DNA of 11,445 bases from Octopus sinensis. Its lineage: Eukaryota. The position numbers and the translations under genes were made by a program. This document shows positions 1 through 8,302 of the stretch, piece after piece; the first letter of the stretch is position 1; each line of letters starts with the position of its first letter. Where the stretch lies: assembly GCF_006345805.1 (NCBI RefSeq), contig NW_021828430.1:1-11445 (forward strand), in the 5' to 3' direction. The notes beneath the pieces are model-generated. The model saw only the letters and a list, made by a program, of their open reading frames with translations, did no database searches and had not been told where the DNA came from.

Positions 1-63
1 TGTCTTCTACTATAGCCTCGGACCGCAAAGCCTTGGTAGACGGAAACTGAAAGAAGCCCGTCG
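1..63 (+). mobile_element. 3' fragment of a SINE (head outside the window), ending in a TA-rich tail
   Basis: TGTCTTCTACTATAGCC...GGTAGACGGAAACTGAAAGAAGCCCGTCG runs directly into TATATATA. It resembles the 3' end of a common cephalopod SINE (recalled, not database-checked). Confidence 0.55.
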
Positions 64-88
64 TATATATATGTATATATGTGTGTGT

Positions 89-374
89 GAAGGCATATGG
101 CCTAGTGGTTAGAGCAGTAGACTTGCGGTCGTGGGATCGCGGGTTCATGTGTGTGTTTATGAGCGAAACACCTAAGCTCCACGCGGCTCCGACAGAAGGT
201 AATGGCGAAACTTCTGCTGAGTCTTACGCTACAACTTTCTCTCACTCTTTCCTCCTGCATCTTGCAGCTCACCTGCGACGGAAAGGCGTCCCGTCCAGGT
301 GGGGAACCTATACGCCAAGGAAACCAGGAAACCGGCCCTTACGAGCCACGTGTGACTCGAGAAGGAAGAAACAA
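89..374 (+). mobile_element. tRNA-derived SINE with a truncated B-box
   Basis: A-box TGGCCTAGTGG at 98-108, then TTAGAGC and a tRNA-like arm. The B-box starts as GGGTTC (141-146) and is cut short. GC-rich body (CCTGCGACGG...CGTCCCGTCCAGG...GGAAACC), short A-rich end, then a (TATG)n microsatellite. Confidence 0.75.
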
Positions 375-475
375 TGTGTATGTATGTATGTATGTATGTA
401 TGTATGTTTGTATGTATGTATGTGTGTGTCTATGTATACATATATAATATATATCCACGTACACACACACACACA

Positions 476-562
<87 letters not shown>

Positions 563-600
563 GATGTATGTATATATGTATTATACATATATATGTATGT
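375..600. repeat. Compound microsatellite (TATG)n-(CA)n-(TA)n
   Basis: Directly visible: (TATG)n at ~377-422, (CA)n at ~461-474, pure (TA)n at ~485-552, then a degenerate TA/TG tail. Confidence 0.97.
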
Positions 601-1003
601 TCGAGAGATAGAGGCAAACCCAGAGACAGAGGGAGAGAAGGCGATAGATCTCAGGTATACAACCAAAGACTCGATAGGATTAAATATTGAATGATCAATC
701 AAATAGTTAATAATCATTTAAATATTAAATGATCAATCAGTTATTGATTATTTCTGCATTTACAATGTAAAATAATTACATCTGAAAGCCACATAACGAT
801 AGCTATTTTTCATTCATCGAATAATCAATTTTTAAATTTCCCTGTTCTTCCGTTTAGATATCTATTTCCAGATAGTTGTGTGCGTGGTTCGATTTCTTCT
901 TGACTGGGCTGTCAGTATTGCTGTGGATTAGACCAAAAGTTGTGTCAATACACGAACTCACATAAAGAATCTTGCAAGCCAACTCCCAAAACGAAATAAA
1001 TAT

Positions 1004-1190
1004 TACAGTTCTATATTTAAGAGATGAGAAATTATGTGCATTATTTACATTATTTACATTTGTCGGATATTTGTCATCATCTTGTTACTTGCTCACACAA
1101 CGTTTCGGCTGATATACCCTCCAGCCTTCATCAGGAGTCTTGGGGAAATTTCGAACCTTGGTTCTCATTCCTAAGGTATTTTTCGATGTT
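1004..1190 (-). mobile_element. Penelope-like terminal-repeat (pLTR-like) module carrying a minimal hammerhead motif; 3' part of a composite element
   Basis: Minus strand reads AACATCGAAAAATACCTTAGG...AGACTC-CTGATGA-AGGCTG..CAGCC-GAAACGTT-GTGT...TGTAAATAATGTAAATAATG...TATAGAACTGTA. Positions 1041-1135 recur inverted at 2048-2139. Confidence 0.7.
1095..1138 (-). ncRNA. Minimal type I hammerhead ribozyme motif, palindromic stem III (dimer type), slightly degenerate
   Basis: ACTC-CTGATGA(1134-1128)-A-GGCTG-[10 nt]-CAGCC-GAAA(1106-1103)-CG-TT-GTGT. Stem II is a perfect 5 bp. The AACGTT palindrome replaces stem III. Stem I ACTC/GTGT has one mismatch. Putative cleavage triplet GUU. Confidence 0.6.
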
Positions 1191-1223
1191 GCTATTATTA
1201 TCATTATTATTATTATTATTATT
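1191..1223. repeat. (ATT)n microsatellite
   Basis: Directly visible; forms the left flank of the 1224-1785 insert. Confidence 0.9.
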
Positions 1224-1785
1224 GAGTGAGAGAGCAGTGCATGCCATCAAAGTGACACTGGGGTAAAATATACAAAGCCCAATATACCCATCATGACTAC
1301 CCGTCTGATAAAGGTACACCAGGTACATGCATCACAACCATATGTGCGCGACATGGTGATCTCATATCATGATAAACAGCACATGACCTTGCAGGTGGGG
1401 CCCAGTTAGAATTTTCTTCAGGTTGAGAGCCCATCCCGCTCAAAAGGTCCCTGAATAAGGGTTGTTTAAGGATGTTGAAAGAACCACCCATGTTTCCAGA
1501 GGTGAATTATTCAAACCCCCAACAATCCCTCTCAACACATGGCTATGATGCTCCCCCACTACTTCTGCTCGTGATCAGAGATGCACATACGTCAGCCACT
1601 AAGGGACATGCTCAACTGGTTAGGTCAAACAACTGACAAGCAAATCTGTGGTATTGAGCAGAATATTTGCTGTAGCCCATCTTTTATACCAAGACAAAAC
1701 AATGTACATGATAACACTTCCAATCAGTTAAGATCAGAAGCCATGAGAGCCACTGCCTGTACTGCATCAGGGCATTTACTGCATC
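1224..1785 (-). mobile_element. ~560-bp non-coding interspersed element inserted in an (AAT)n tract; probably a non-autonomous retroelement
   Basis: Complex-sequence block with sharp borders against (ATT)n on both sides, with no TIRs and no credible ORF. On the minus strand it ends ...CTCTCTCACTC-(AAT)n, and strand is inferred from that tail. A 9-bp duplication TACTGCATC lies at 1760-1768 and 1777-1785. Confidence 0.6.
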
Positions 1786-1896
1786 TATATTATTATTATA
1801 TATTATTATTATATTATTATTATTATTTATTATCATTATCATTATTATATCTTATCATATCATTATCATATTATCATTATATTATCATTATTTTCA

Positions 1897-1933
<37 letters not shown>

Positions 1934-1966
1934 AATATAATAATAATAATAATAATTTTTATTATT
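1786..1966. repeat. Degenerate (ATT)n/(ATC)n then (AAT)n microsatellite
   Basis: Directly visible, with a switch from ATT to AAT units at ~1930. Confidence 0.95.
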
Positions 1967-2047
1967 AGGTCACTGCCTGGAATCCTACTCGGAATCTTAG
2001 GGTTAGTAGCCCGCTCTCTTAACCACTACGCCATATGTCCGTGGGCA
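1967..2047 (-). mobile_element. tRNA-derived Pol III head; 5' part of the composite element
   Basis: Minus strand TGCCCACGGACATA-TGGCGTAGTGG-TTAAGAGAGCGGGCTACTAACCCTAAGATTCC-GAGTAGGATTCC-AGGCAGTGACCT. A-box at 2033-2023, degenerate B-box at 1990-1979, anticodon-like loop CT-ACT-AA. The acceptor stem does not pair, so it is not a tRNA gene. Confidence 0.8.
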
Positions 2048-2139
2048 CCTGATGAAGGCTGGAGGGTATATCAACCGAAACGTGTTAACAACAAACAATA
2101 TCAGAATACATATCCGTCAAATGTAAATAATGTAAATAA
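2046..2139 (+). repeat. Inverted partial copy of the hammerhead-bearing module (inverted repeat of 1041-1135)
   Basis: CAC-CTGATGA-AGGCTGGAGGGTATATCAACC-GAAACGTGTT...ATATCCGTCAAATGTAAATAATGTAAATAA matches the reverse complement of 1041-1135 with several substitutions and small indels. Confidence 0.9.
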
Positions 2140-2997
2140 ATATTTTTTATTTTACTAATTCATCCTATGAATCATTTGATATTTAATATAATATTATATA
2201 ATTTGTATACAATACTATAATAATTCCCCTAATTCACTGCCTTCCTCCCATTTCTACTACTCCCCAGCGTCTACCCGGACCGTCTCAACGTCCACGGGGG
2301 CTGGTAGCGCCCACATTGTGAACCTATGGATTAGACCTTCAGAAGTCCGCTTCGCCTGAAGTTTATTTATATCAATAATTTCTAAACAAACAGTGATGAT
2401 TATTAACGGTTGTTCCTACCTTACCTGTTTCAAAATTCTGGGACACGCATCTTTTCTCCTCTCACCCCACACCTCGCAGAACAAGTCTTATTGCCGGTGG
2501 GGGCCGCAATATATGTTTTGAACGGTCTCCTTTACCTAAAGTGCGAACGCTTCCCATGTTAATCCATGCAATGGACGATGTGGTAGAGTTACTTTCTCGA
2601 GCTCTTTTCATAATGCAATGTTTGGTGGTCGTATTCGGACCAGGCACCAGGTTGGTATTTGTATTGACCCCAACCGGAAAGTGTGATGACTTGATTCTGA
2701 TAGGATCCTATGGAGGAGGTGCCTGGGAGTTTTACACCCAGAACCAACCCAGAAATAGGGGGCGGAGAAAATGAATTGATGGACCCCAAGGATGACAAAA
2801 GTAAATTCTGTTACTGGAAATTATATAAACGTTGAAAATGTTTCTGATACACTGATTAAATTAAGATTCTCCTTTCAAAAACTTTTGGCCGAAGGGAAAG
2901 AAGACAGAAACGAGGAATATGGTGAATTTTGTCAGGTATAAAGGTTCACGGAATTGATTTAGAGAAATATAGAAACCATTGCAAAGCCGAGGATGTA

Positions 2998-4285
2998 TTA
3001 GGTTGGCAACTAAGTTCTCACCGTTTTTTAAATTTTAATTTTTTAAAAACGTTTAATAAAAAATAGCAACTAATTAATCAACGATGTATTCACCCTTGTT
3101 GATTACAACTTCTTCCCAACGTTCAACAAGATTTTCAATACCTCGTTGGTAGAAATCACCAGATTTCGACTCGAAAAATTCATCCAACCAAACTCTCAAT
3201 TCTGCATCAGTATTGAACGAAACTCCGCCCATAGCATTTGAAAGAGATCGAGAGAGGCGAAAATCCGTTGGTACCAAATCAGGAGAGTACGGTGGGTGTG
3301 GCAGCACTTCCCAGCATGCGTTTGAATGGCTTCCTTGGTCATATTGGCGATATGAGGGCGGGCGTTGTCGTGCAGCAGAAGAACTCCATGCTGACGATTA
3401 GGTCTTTTCTCTTGAATAGCCGTGTTGAGCCGTTCCATCTGTTGAACATAGAGTTCCGCGTTGACCGTTTGGTTCCGTTCAAGCAATTCGTAATGGATAA
3501 TCTCTTCCCAGTCCCACCATACGCACAACATCGTTTTACGCGTAAGAAGATCTTGTTTTACGCGCAGTGTCGCTTGTTTACCGGGGCTAAGCCATTCCTT
3601 ACGCTGCTTCATATTGATGTACAGGTACCATCTTTCGTCGCCAGCAACGATTCGGTAAAGAAATCGTTGTTTGTGTCCATGAGTTGAGCGGTGTCGAACA
3701 AGCAAACCAGTGGAGATTTTGGCTTATTGATTTTTGTTGTTGTCACTTAAAGCATGCGGAACCCATGCTCCATACTTCTGAACCTTTCCCATCGAGTGAA
3801 AATGCTTCTCTATAACAGTGTGGGTGCATTCCATTTTCTCTGCCAGTTCCCATGTCGCTTGACGAGAATTTTCGTGCAAAAGTTGGTTTAATTGCTCTTC
3901 ATCGAACTCAACTGGACGGCCAGAACGAGATGCGTCTTTGAGGTCAAAATTTCCATTTTTGAACTTGGCATACCAACCACGAGCGGTTCATTCAGCTATG
4001 GTACCCTCTCCATACACAGAACAAATGTCGTGAGCAGCTTTTGCGGGCTTAGAATCTTGATTAAAAGCAAAAAGGAGGTGTCGAAAATGCTCGTTTTTCT
4101 TAACTTGACATTCCATTTTAATGATCAGAAAATAAATAAAACTTAGCTAAAATTAACTAGAAAAAAAAAAGATTCCAAAATGATTCAAAAATAGATTTCT
4201 CGAAAAAGATAGATTCCAAAATTTAAAAACGCAATAAATTCCAAATTAAAAAAAAAAAAACGCGGGAGCTTAATTGCCAACCCAA
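2998..4285 (-). mobile_element. Full-length mariner (Tc1/mariner, DD34D) DNA transposon, probably mellifera subfamily, inactive
   Basis: Left TIR TTAGGTTGGCAACTAAGTTCTCACCGTTTTT starts at 2998. Right TIR (reverse complement) TTGGGTTGGCAATTAAGCTCCCGCGTTTTT ends at 4285. TA target duplications at 2996-2997 and 4286-4287. Length 1,288 bp, with an internal transposase. Confidence 0.95.
3074..4116 (-). pseudogene. Mariner transposase pseudogene
   Basis: From ATG at 4116: MECQVKKNEHFRHLLFAFN...RSGRP...WVPHAL...IVAGDERW...LHDNARPH...HPPYSPDLVPTDF...GEYIVD*. There are 34 residues between the 2nd and 3rd catalytic Asp once a 1-nt deletion at ~3314 is repaired. In-frame stops at 3990-3988 (TGA) and 3726-3724 (TAA). 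Confidence 0.95.
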
Positions 4286-4306
4286 TATATTTACTGGTAA
4301 TTATGA

Positions 4307-4334
4307 GGGCCCTGTGCCTAGAGTAGAAAAGAAT
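4307..4334 (+). mobile_element. Short 3'-end fragment of the SINE family seen at 9901-10069
   Basis: GGGCCCTGTGCCTAGAGTAGAAAAGAAT matches 10042-10069 (GGGCCTTGTGCCTAGAGTAGAAAAGAAT) at 27 of 28 positions. Confidence 0.8.
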
Positions 4335-4807
4335 TTGAACTTCGGTCTCGAGCTTTCAATGCTCTTGAATGAGGTTAGTTATCTTTGCCCTCTTTCGGAC
4401 AGAGTTCTTAACTAGAGTTAATTACTCCTGTTCCATTTTGGGCAGGGTTTTTTTTTAACAGAAATTCATTATCCTTAGTCTAAAGTCTATGTTCTCATCT
4501 TGTTTGGATTAATGCTTTTGTTAATATCTCGAATATCAAAGAAACAAACACCTGAAATATCTTGTAGTTGATGGAACTAATTATGTTTCCTTTGTCAGTG
4601 TTTATAGAATATTAGATTTGCAGTCGAAACATTATTAGTCAATGTTCCATAAGCAATGCTACAAACGACCGAACATCTAACATGGCGCTGCTGTGATTGT
4701 ATGGAGGTAGAGAAGCGATGGATGAAGTGCAGTAAAATTAGAAAAATGGTTTAACATCTGATGTTAAGGTTTTACTTGATTTACAAATAAGTATTTATGT
4801 ATTATAT

Positions 4808-4873
4808 AAGGGGTTCCCAAACCTTTTATTTAAATGAGTTTACCCACCAATCCATTTTAATATGCTTATCCTT
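4808..4873 (+). mobile_element. Putative left end of a hAT/Charlie-type MITE
   Basis: AAGGGGTTCCCAAACCTTTT resembles the Charlie-type terminus CAGGGGTTCCCAAAC with the first base changed. Confidence 0.45.
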
Positions 4874-4878
4874 ATATA

Positions 4879-4942
<64 letters not shown>
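4874..4942. repeat. (TA)n microsatellite
   Basis: Directly visible. Confidence 0.97.
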
Positions 4943-4947
<5 letters not shown>

Positions 4948-5119
4948 TAAATATTAGGGAATAAATCCAAATTTACAGGGAAAAATCAGATTTATGATTA
5001 AATCGATTTTATAGTAAAATATTATAAAATATTATTCGAGACAAAACCACTATTTTGCAAAACAAACAAGGAAAGACTTAATTAATACATAAAATTTTAA
5101 TAAATAGTCAAAAAAACCG

Positions 5120-5162
5120 CCACTACAATCGTTTCTTGTCTTGATCGACAATCTTCAGGTGG
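5120..5162 (-). ncRNA. Minimal type I hammerhead ribozyme with an intact catalytic core
   Basis: Minus strand CCAC-CTGAAGA-TTGTC-gatcaa-GACAA-GAAA-C-gatt-G-TA-GTGG. Stem I CCAC/GTGG, core CUGAAGA, stem II TTGTC/GACAA, GAAA, stem III AC/GU with a 4-nt loop. Predicted cleavage after GUA, between 5124 and 5123. Confidence 0.85.
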
Positions 5163-5329
5163 ACTTCCAATCTAAAAAATCAATATTTTAAAATATAAAA
5201 ATAATAATTTTAAAATAATTAAAGTATGAATGAAAAAATATAAGTATATAATCCATATATAACCTATCTATAATCCATATATAAACAATATATAAACAAT
5301 ATATAAACTAAAAAAACCTATCAACAATT

Positions 5330-5388
5330 AAATATAAAATATAAAATATAAAATATAAAATATAAAATATAAAATATAAAATATAAAA
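5330..5388. repeat. (TATAAAA)n heptamer tandem repeat, about 8 copies
   Basis: Directly visible. Confidence 0.9.
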
Positions 5389-5627
5389 CAAAACAAAAAA
5401 AAAAATAATAATAATAATATAATAATAAACTATATATACACCCATACGCATATACCTAATTATATATAACCATATCTAACTACATACACTAAATCACACA
5501 CCTATATATATATCCCTATACATACACATAAAAATGTCTAGGCAACTATAAATAAATAAAATAGCTAAATACTTCAACACAATACTTATTCATACTCCCA
5601 CACACACACACATACAACCCACATTCA

Positions 5628-6397
5628 CGCTCTAGAAAACGGACATCACTCAAAACTATGAACGGAGAAATGGAATAAATGGAATTAAAATTATATACAC
5701 TTTGTAAAACAAACACTACTTAAAATTATGAATGAAACAATGCAATAAAAACAACAGACATCGCATCGCACAAATTACTACAATTACAAATTACTACAAT
5801 TCCTTATCAAACCTACCATGATAACCAAATTCATAAAAACATATAATGATAAAATCTCCCTTTACTAAACTCTATAACAAACCTATATAGCAATCCCCCT
5901 AACCTAAACATTCACACACAAATACACACACGTAAACCACACACCCACGACATATACAAATACCCACACCACTTACACATACCAATACATACATATAAAC
6001 CTCAACATATACTCCAAAAACCCACTCAACCCCACACAGACAAATAAACACAAAAATTATGAATGGATTCATTTATAAAACTACCATGATAATCTAAAAC
6101 TCACAAAACAGAAATGATAAAACCTCCCTTTACTAAACACTAAAACATACTTATATAGCAATTCATTTAACCTATACATTCACACACCAAACCACTCGTA
6201 AACCACACACACATAACAAATACAAACTCCCACCCCACTCACACACACCCACAAGTACATATAAGCCTCAACATATACACCAAACAAAATTACTTTACCA
6301 AGGAACTTAACATATATATAAAAAGTATAACCGCTCTGGAAACGAACATCTCTAAATTAATGAATGGAGAAATGGAATAAATGGAATTAAAAATAAA
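5628..6397. repeat. Older diverged internal repeat units of the A/C-rich element
   Basis: CGCTCT.GAAA...GGAGAAATGGAATAAATGGAATTAAAA occurs at ~5628 and ~6332. CTCCCTTT(A/G)CTAAAC occurs at ~5857, ~6124, ~6548 and ~7377, each followed by related ACATTCACACA...CGTAAACCAC blocks. Confidence 0.85.
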
Positions 6398-7077
6398 ATT
6401 CACGTGGCAAAACGAACACCACTCAAAAATTATGAATGAAACAATATAATAAAACAACCAACATCGAAAATAGACAAATTACTACGAATTCCCTAAAAAA
6501 AAAAAAAACCATAAACCAAAACTCTTAAAAAACATATAACGATAAATCTCCCTTTGCTAAACTCTATAACAAACCTAGATAGTAATCCCCCTAACCTAAA
6601 CATTCACACACAAACACACACGTAAACCACATACCCACGACTTATACACATACCTAAACTAACTTATAAACCTCCATATACACCAAAACCCACTCCCTCC
6701 CACACAGACAAATTAACTCATACATCCCAAAACCTAAATAACAAACCCATATACACATTCACACACAAACACACACACACGCAAAACACACAAACACAAC
6801 ATATACATATACTCCCTCACATATACGCATATACATACTCACTAAACTCAATATATACAACAATATTTACACACCCACACTCATACAGATAAATAAATTA
6901 TACAACTAAAAACTCGCACACAATCTCATATACATAAACACTCCTATGAAAACAACATTAAATACATCGTAATTAACCAGAATATCAAAAATAACAATAT
7001 GACATAAAGGTAAATAAAATACATACTTACAATTCAGTGTCAAATTATGAAGTGAAATTAAATTCTTAGCCGTTAAA
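6398..7077 (+). repeat. ~680-bp direct repeat, copy 1
   Basis: ATTCACGTGGCAAAACGAACACCACTC...AAATTCTTAGCCGTTAAA, near-identical to 7231-7904. Confidence 0.95.
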
Positions 7078-7230
7078 AAATCAAATCAAAATTACGTTAC
7101 CATAGAAATAACTTATGTAAAAAAAAGACTAACAATCAACTTACAGTAACCCAAACCCATTCTCTATGCCTACCTCACTACTACACTATTCCATTCACAA
7201 TTCCAAACAACGCTAGTCCACCTCCCGGTT

Positions 7231-7904
7231 ATTCACGTGGCAAAACGAACACCACTCAAAATTATGAATGAAACAATGTAATAAAACAACCAACATCGAA
7301 AATAGACAAATTACCACGAATTCCCTAAAAAAAACCATGATAAACCAAAACTCTTAAAAAACATATAACGATAAATCTCCCTTTGCTAAACTCTATAACA
7401 ACCTATATAGCAATCTCCCTAACCTAAACATTCACACACAAATACACACACGTAAACCACATACCCACGACTTATACACATACCTAACTAACTTATAAAC
7501 CTCAATATACACCAAAACCCACTCCCTCCCACACAGACAATTAACACATACATCCAAAAACCTAAATAACAAACCCATATACACATTCACACACAAACAC
7601 ACACACACGCAAAACCACACACACAAACAATTACATATACTCCCTCACATATACGCATATACATACTCACTAAACTCGATATATACAACAATATTTACAC
7701 ACCCATACTCATACAGATAAATAAATTATACAACTAAAAACTCGCACACAATCTCATATACATAAACACTCCTATGAAAACAACATTAAATACATCGTAA
7801 TTAACCAAAATATCAAAAATAACAATATGACATAAGGATAAATAAATACATACTTACAATTCAGTGTCAAATTATGAAGTGAAATTAAATTCTTAGCCGT
7901 TAAA
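7231..7904 (+). repeat. ~680-bp direct repeat, copy 2
   Basis: Same start and end strings as 6398-7077, with scattered substitutions and homopolymer length differences. Confidence 0.95.
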
Positions 7905-8234
7905 GGGTAAAGACCCCCTTCGGCCATGAATGACCATGGGTTGCACCTAGAAAGTTACCCTCCTAGACACAAGTCTGGGCGGGGTTGTTTATGGAAGACC
8001 AGCAGTCGCCCATGCATACCAGCCTCCCCTCTCCACGCCACCAGTGTTATCGAAGGGAAAGACAAAGGTCGATACAGCTTGGCACCAGTGACGTCGCAAC
8101 TCATTTCTACAGCTGAGTGAACTGGAGCAACGGGAAATAAAGTGCCTTGCTCGAGAACACAACACGCAGCCCGGTCCGGGATTCGAGCTCACAACCTCAC
8201 GATCGTAAGCTCGACGCTCTAACCACTGAGCCAT
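7905..8234 (-). mobile_element. tRNA-derived SINE with a CORE-like central domain
   Basis: A-box TGGCTCAGTGG (8233-8223), B-box GAGCTCGAATCC (8190-8179), ACG (Arg-like) loop. These are followed by TGTGTTCTCGAGCAAGGCACTT...CAGTTCACTCAGCTGTAGAAATGAG, which resembles the MIR/CORE domain. Tail CTTTACCCTTTA. Confidence 0.88.
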
Positions 8235-8302
8235 ATATATATATATATATATAAATTTAATAAATAAAATATATGCATATATACATACATACATATATAT
8301 AT

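Larger units (their letters stand above)
4943..7904 (-). mobile_element. ~3-kb non-coding, strand-skewed element with internal duplications and a hammerhead near its 3' end; putative non-autonomous Penelope-like element
   Basis: Strongly A/C-rich on + (G/T-rich on -), with no credible ORF. It abuts (TA)n at 4942, carries a hammerhead at 5120-5162, and ends at a SINE at 7905. That it is one element is inferred from continuous composition. Confidence 0.5.

Noticed and set aside
81-717. Overlapping ORFs of 81-157 aa with YIYIYI/MYVC runs
   Set aside because: They are translations of a SINE plus (TATG)n/(TA)n microsatellites, which lack stop codons in several frames.
680-739. Short direct repeat TTAAATATT(G/A)AATGATCAATCA, two copies
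   Set aside because: A local slippage-type duplication in AT-rich DNA with no further structure.
1415-1421. CTGAAGA on the minus strand as a hammerhead core
   Set aside because: No stem II followed by GAAA downstream; likely chance.
1024-1940. ORFs with poly-Leu/Tyr/Asn stretches resembling signal or membrane segments
   Set aside because: The runs come from (ATT)n/(AAT)n repeats.
1967-2040. Possible tRNA-Ser(ACT) gene
   Set aside because: The acceptor stem does not pair and the B-box/T-loop is mutated, so it is better explained as a SINE head. The same applies to the heads at ~98 and ~8233.
3213-4146. Plus-strand ORFs 3213-3401, 3238-3687 and 3892-4146
   Set aside because: Antisense shadows of the mariner transposase.
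4679-4695. AACATGGCG as a start codon in good context or a YY1-like site
   Set aside because: The frame closes after four codons (ATG GCG CTG CTG TGA) and there is no supporting promoter context.
6398-7904. LTR retrotransposon or TRIM interpretation of the 680-bp repeats
   Set aside because: No TG...CA termini, primer-binding site, polypurine tract or target duplication, and the repeats are part of a longer series of internal duplications.
5628-7904. CRISPR array or telomeric repeat
   Set aside because: Eukaryotic context, long degenerate units without a constant repeat and unique spacers, and no TTAGGG arrays.
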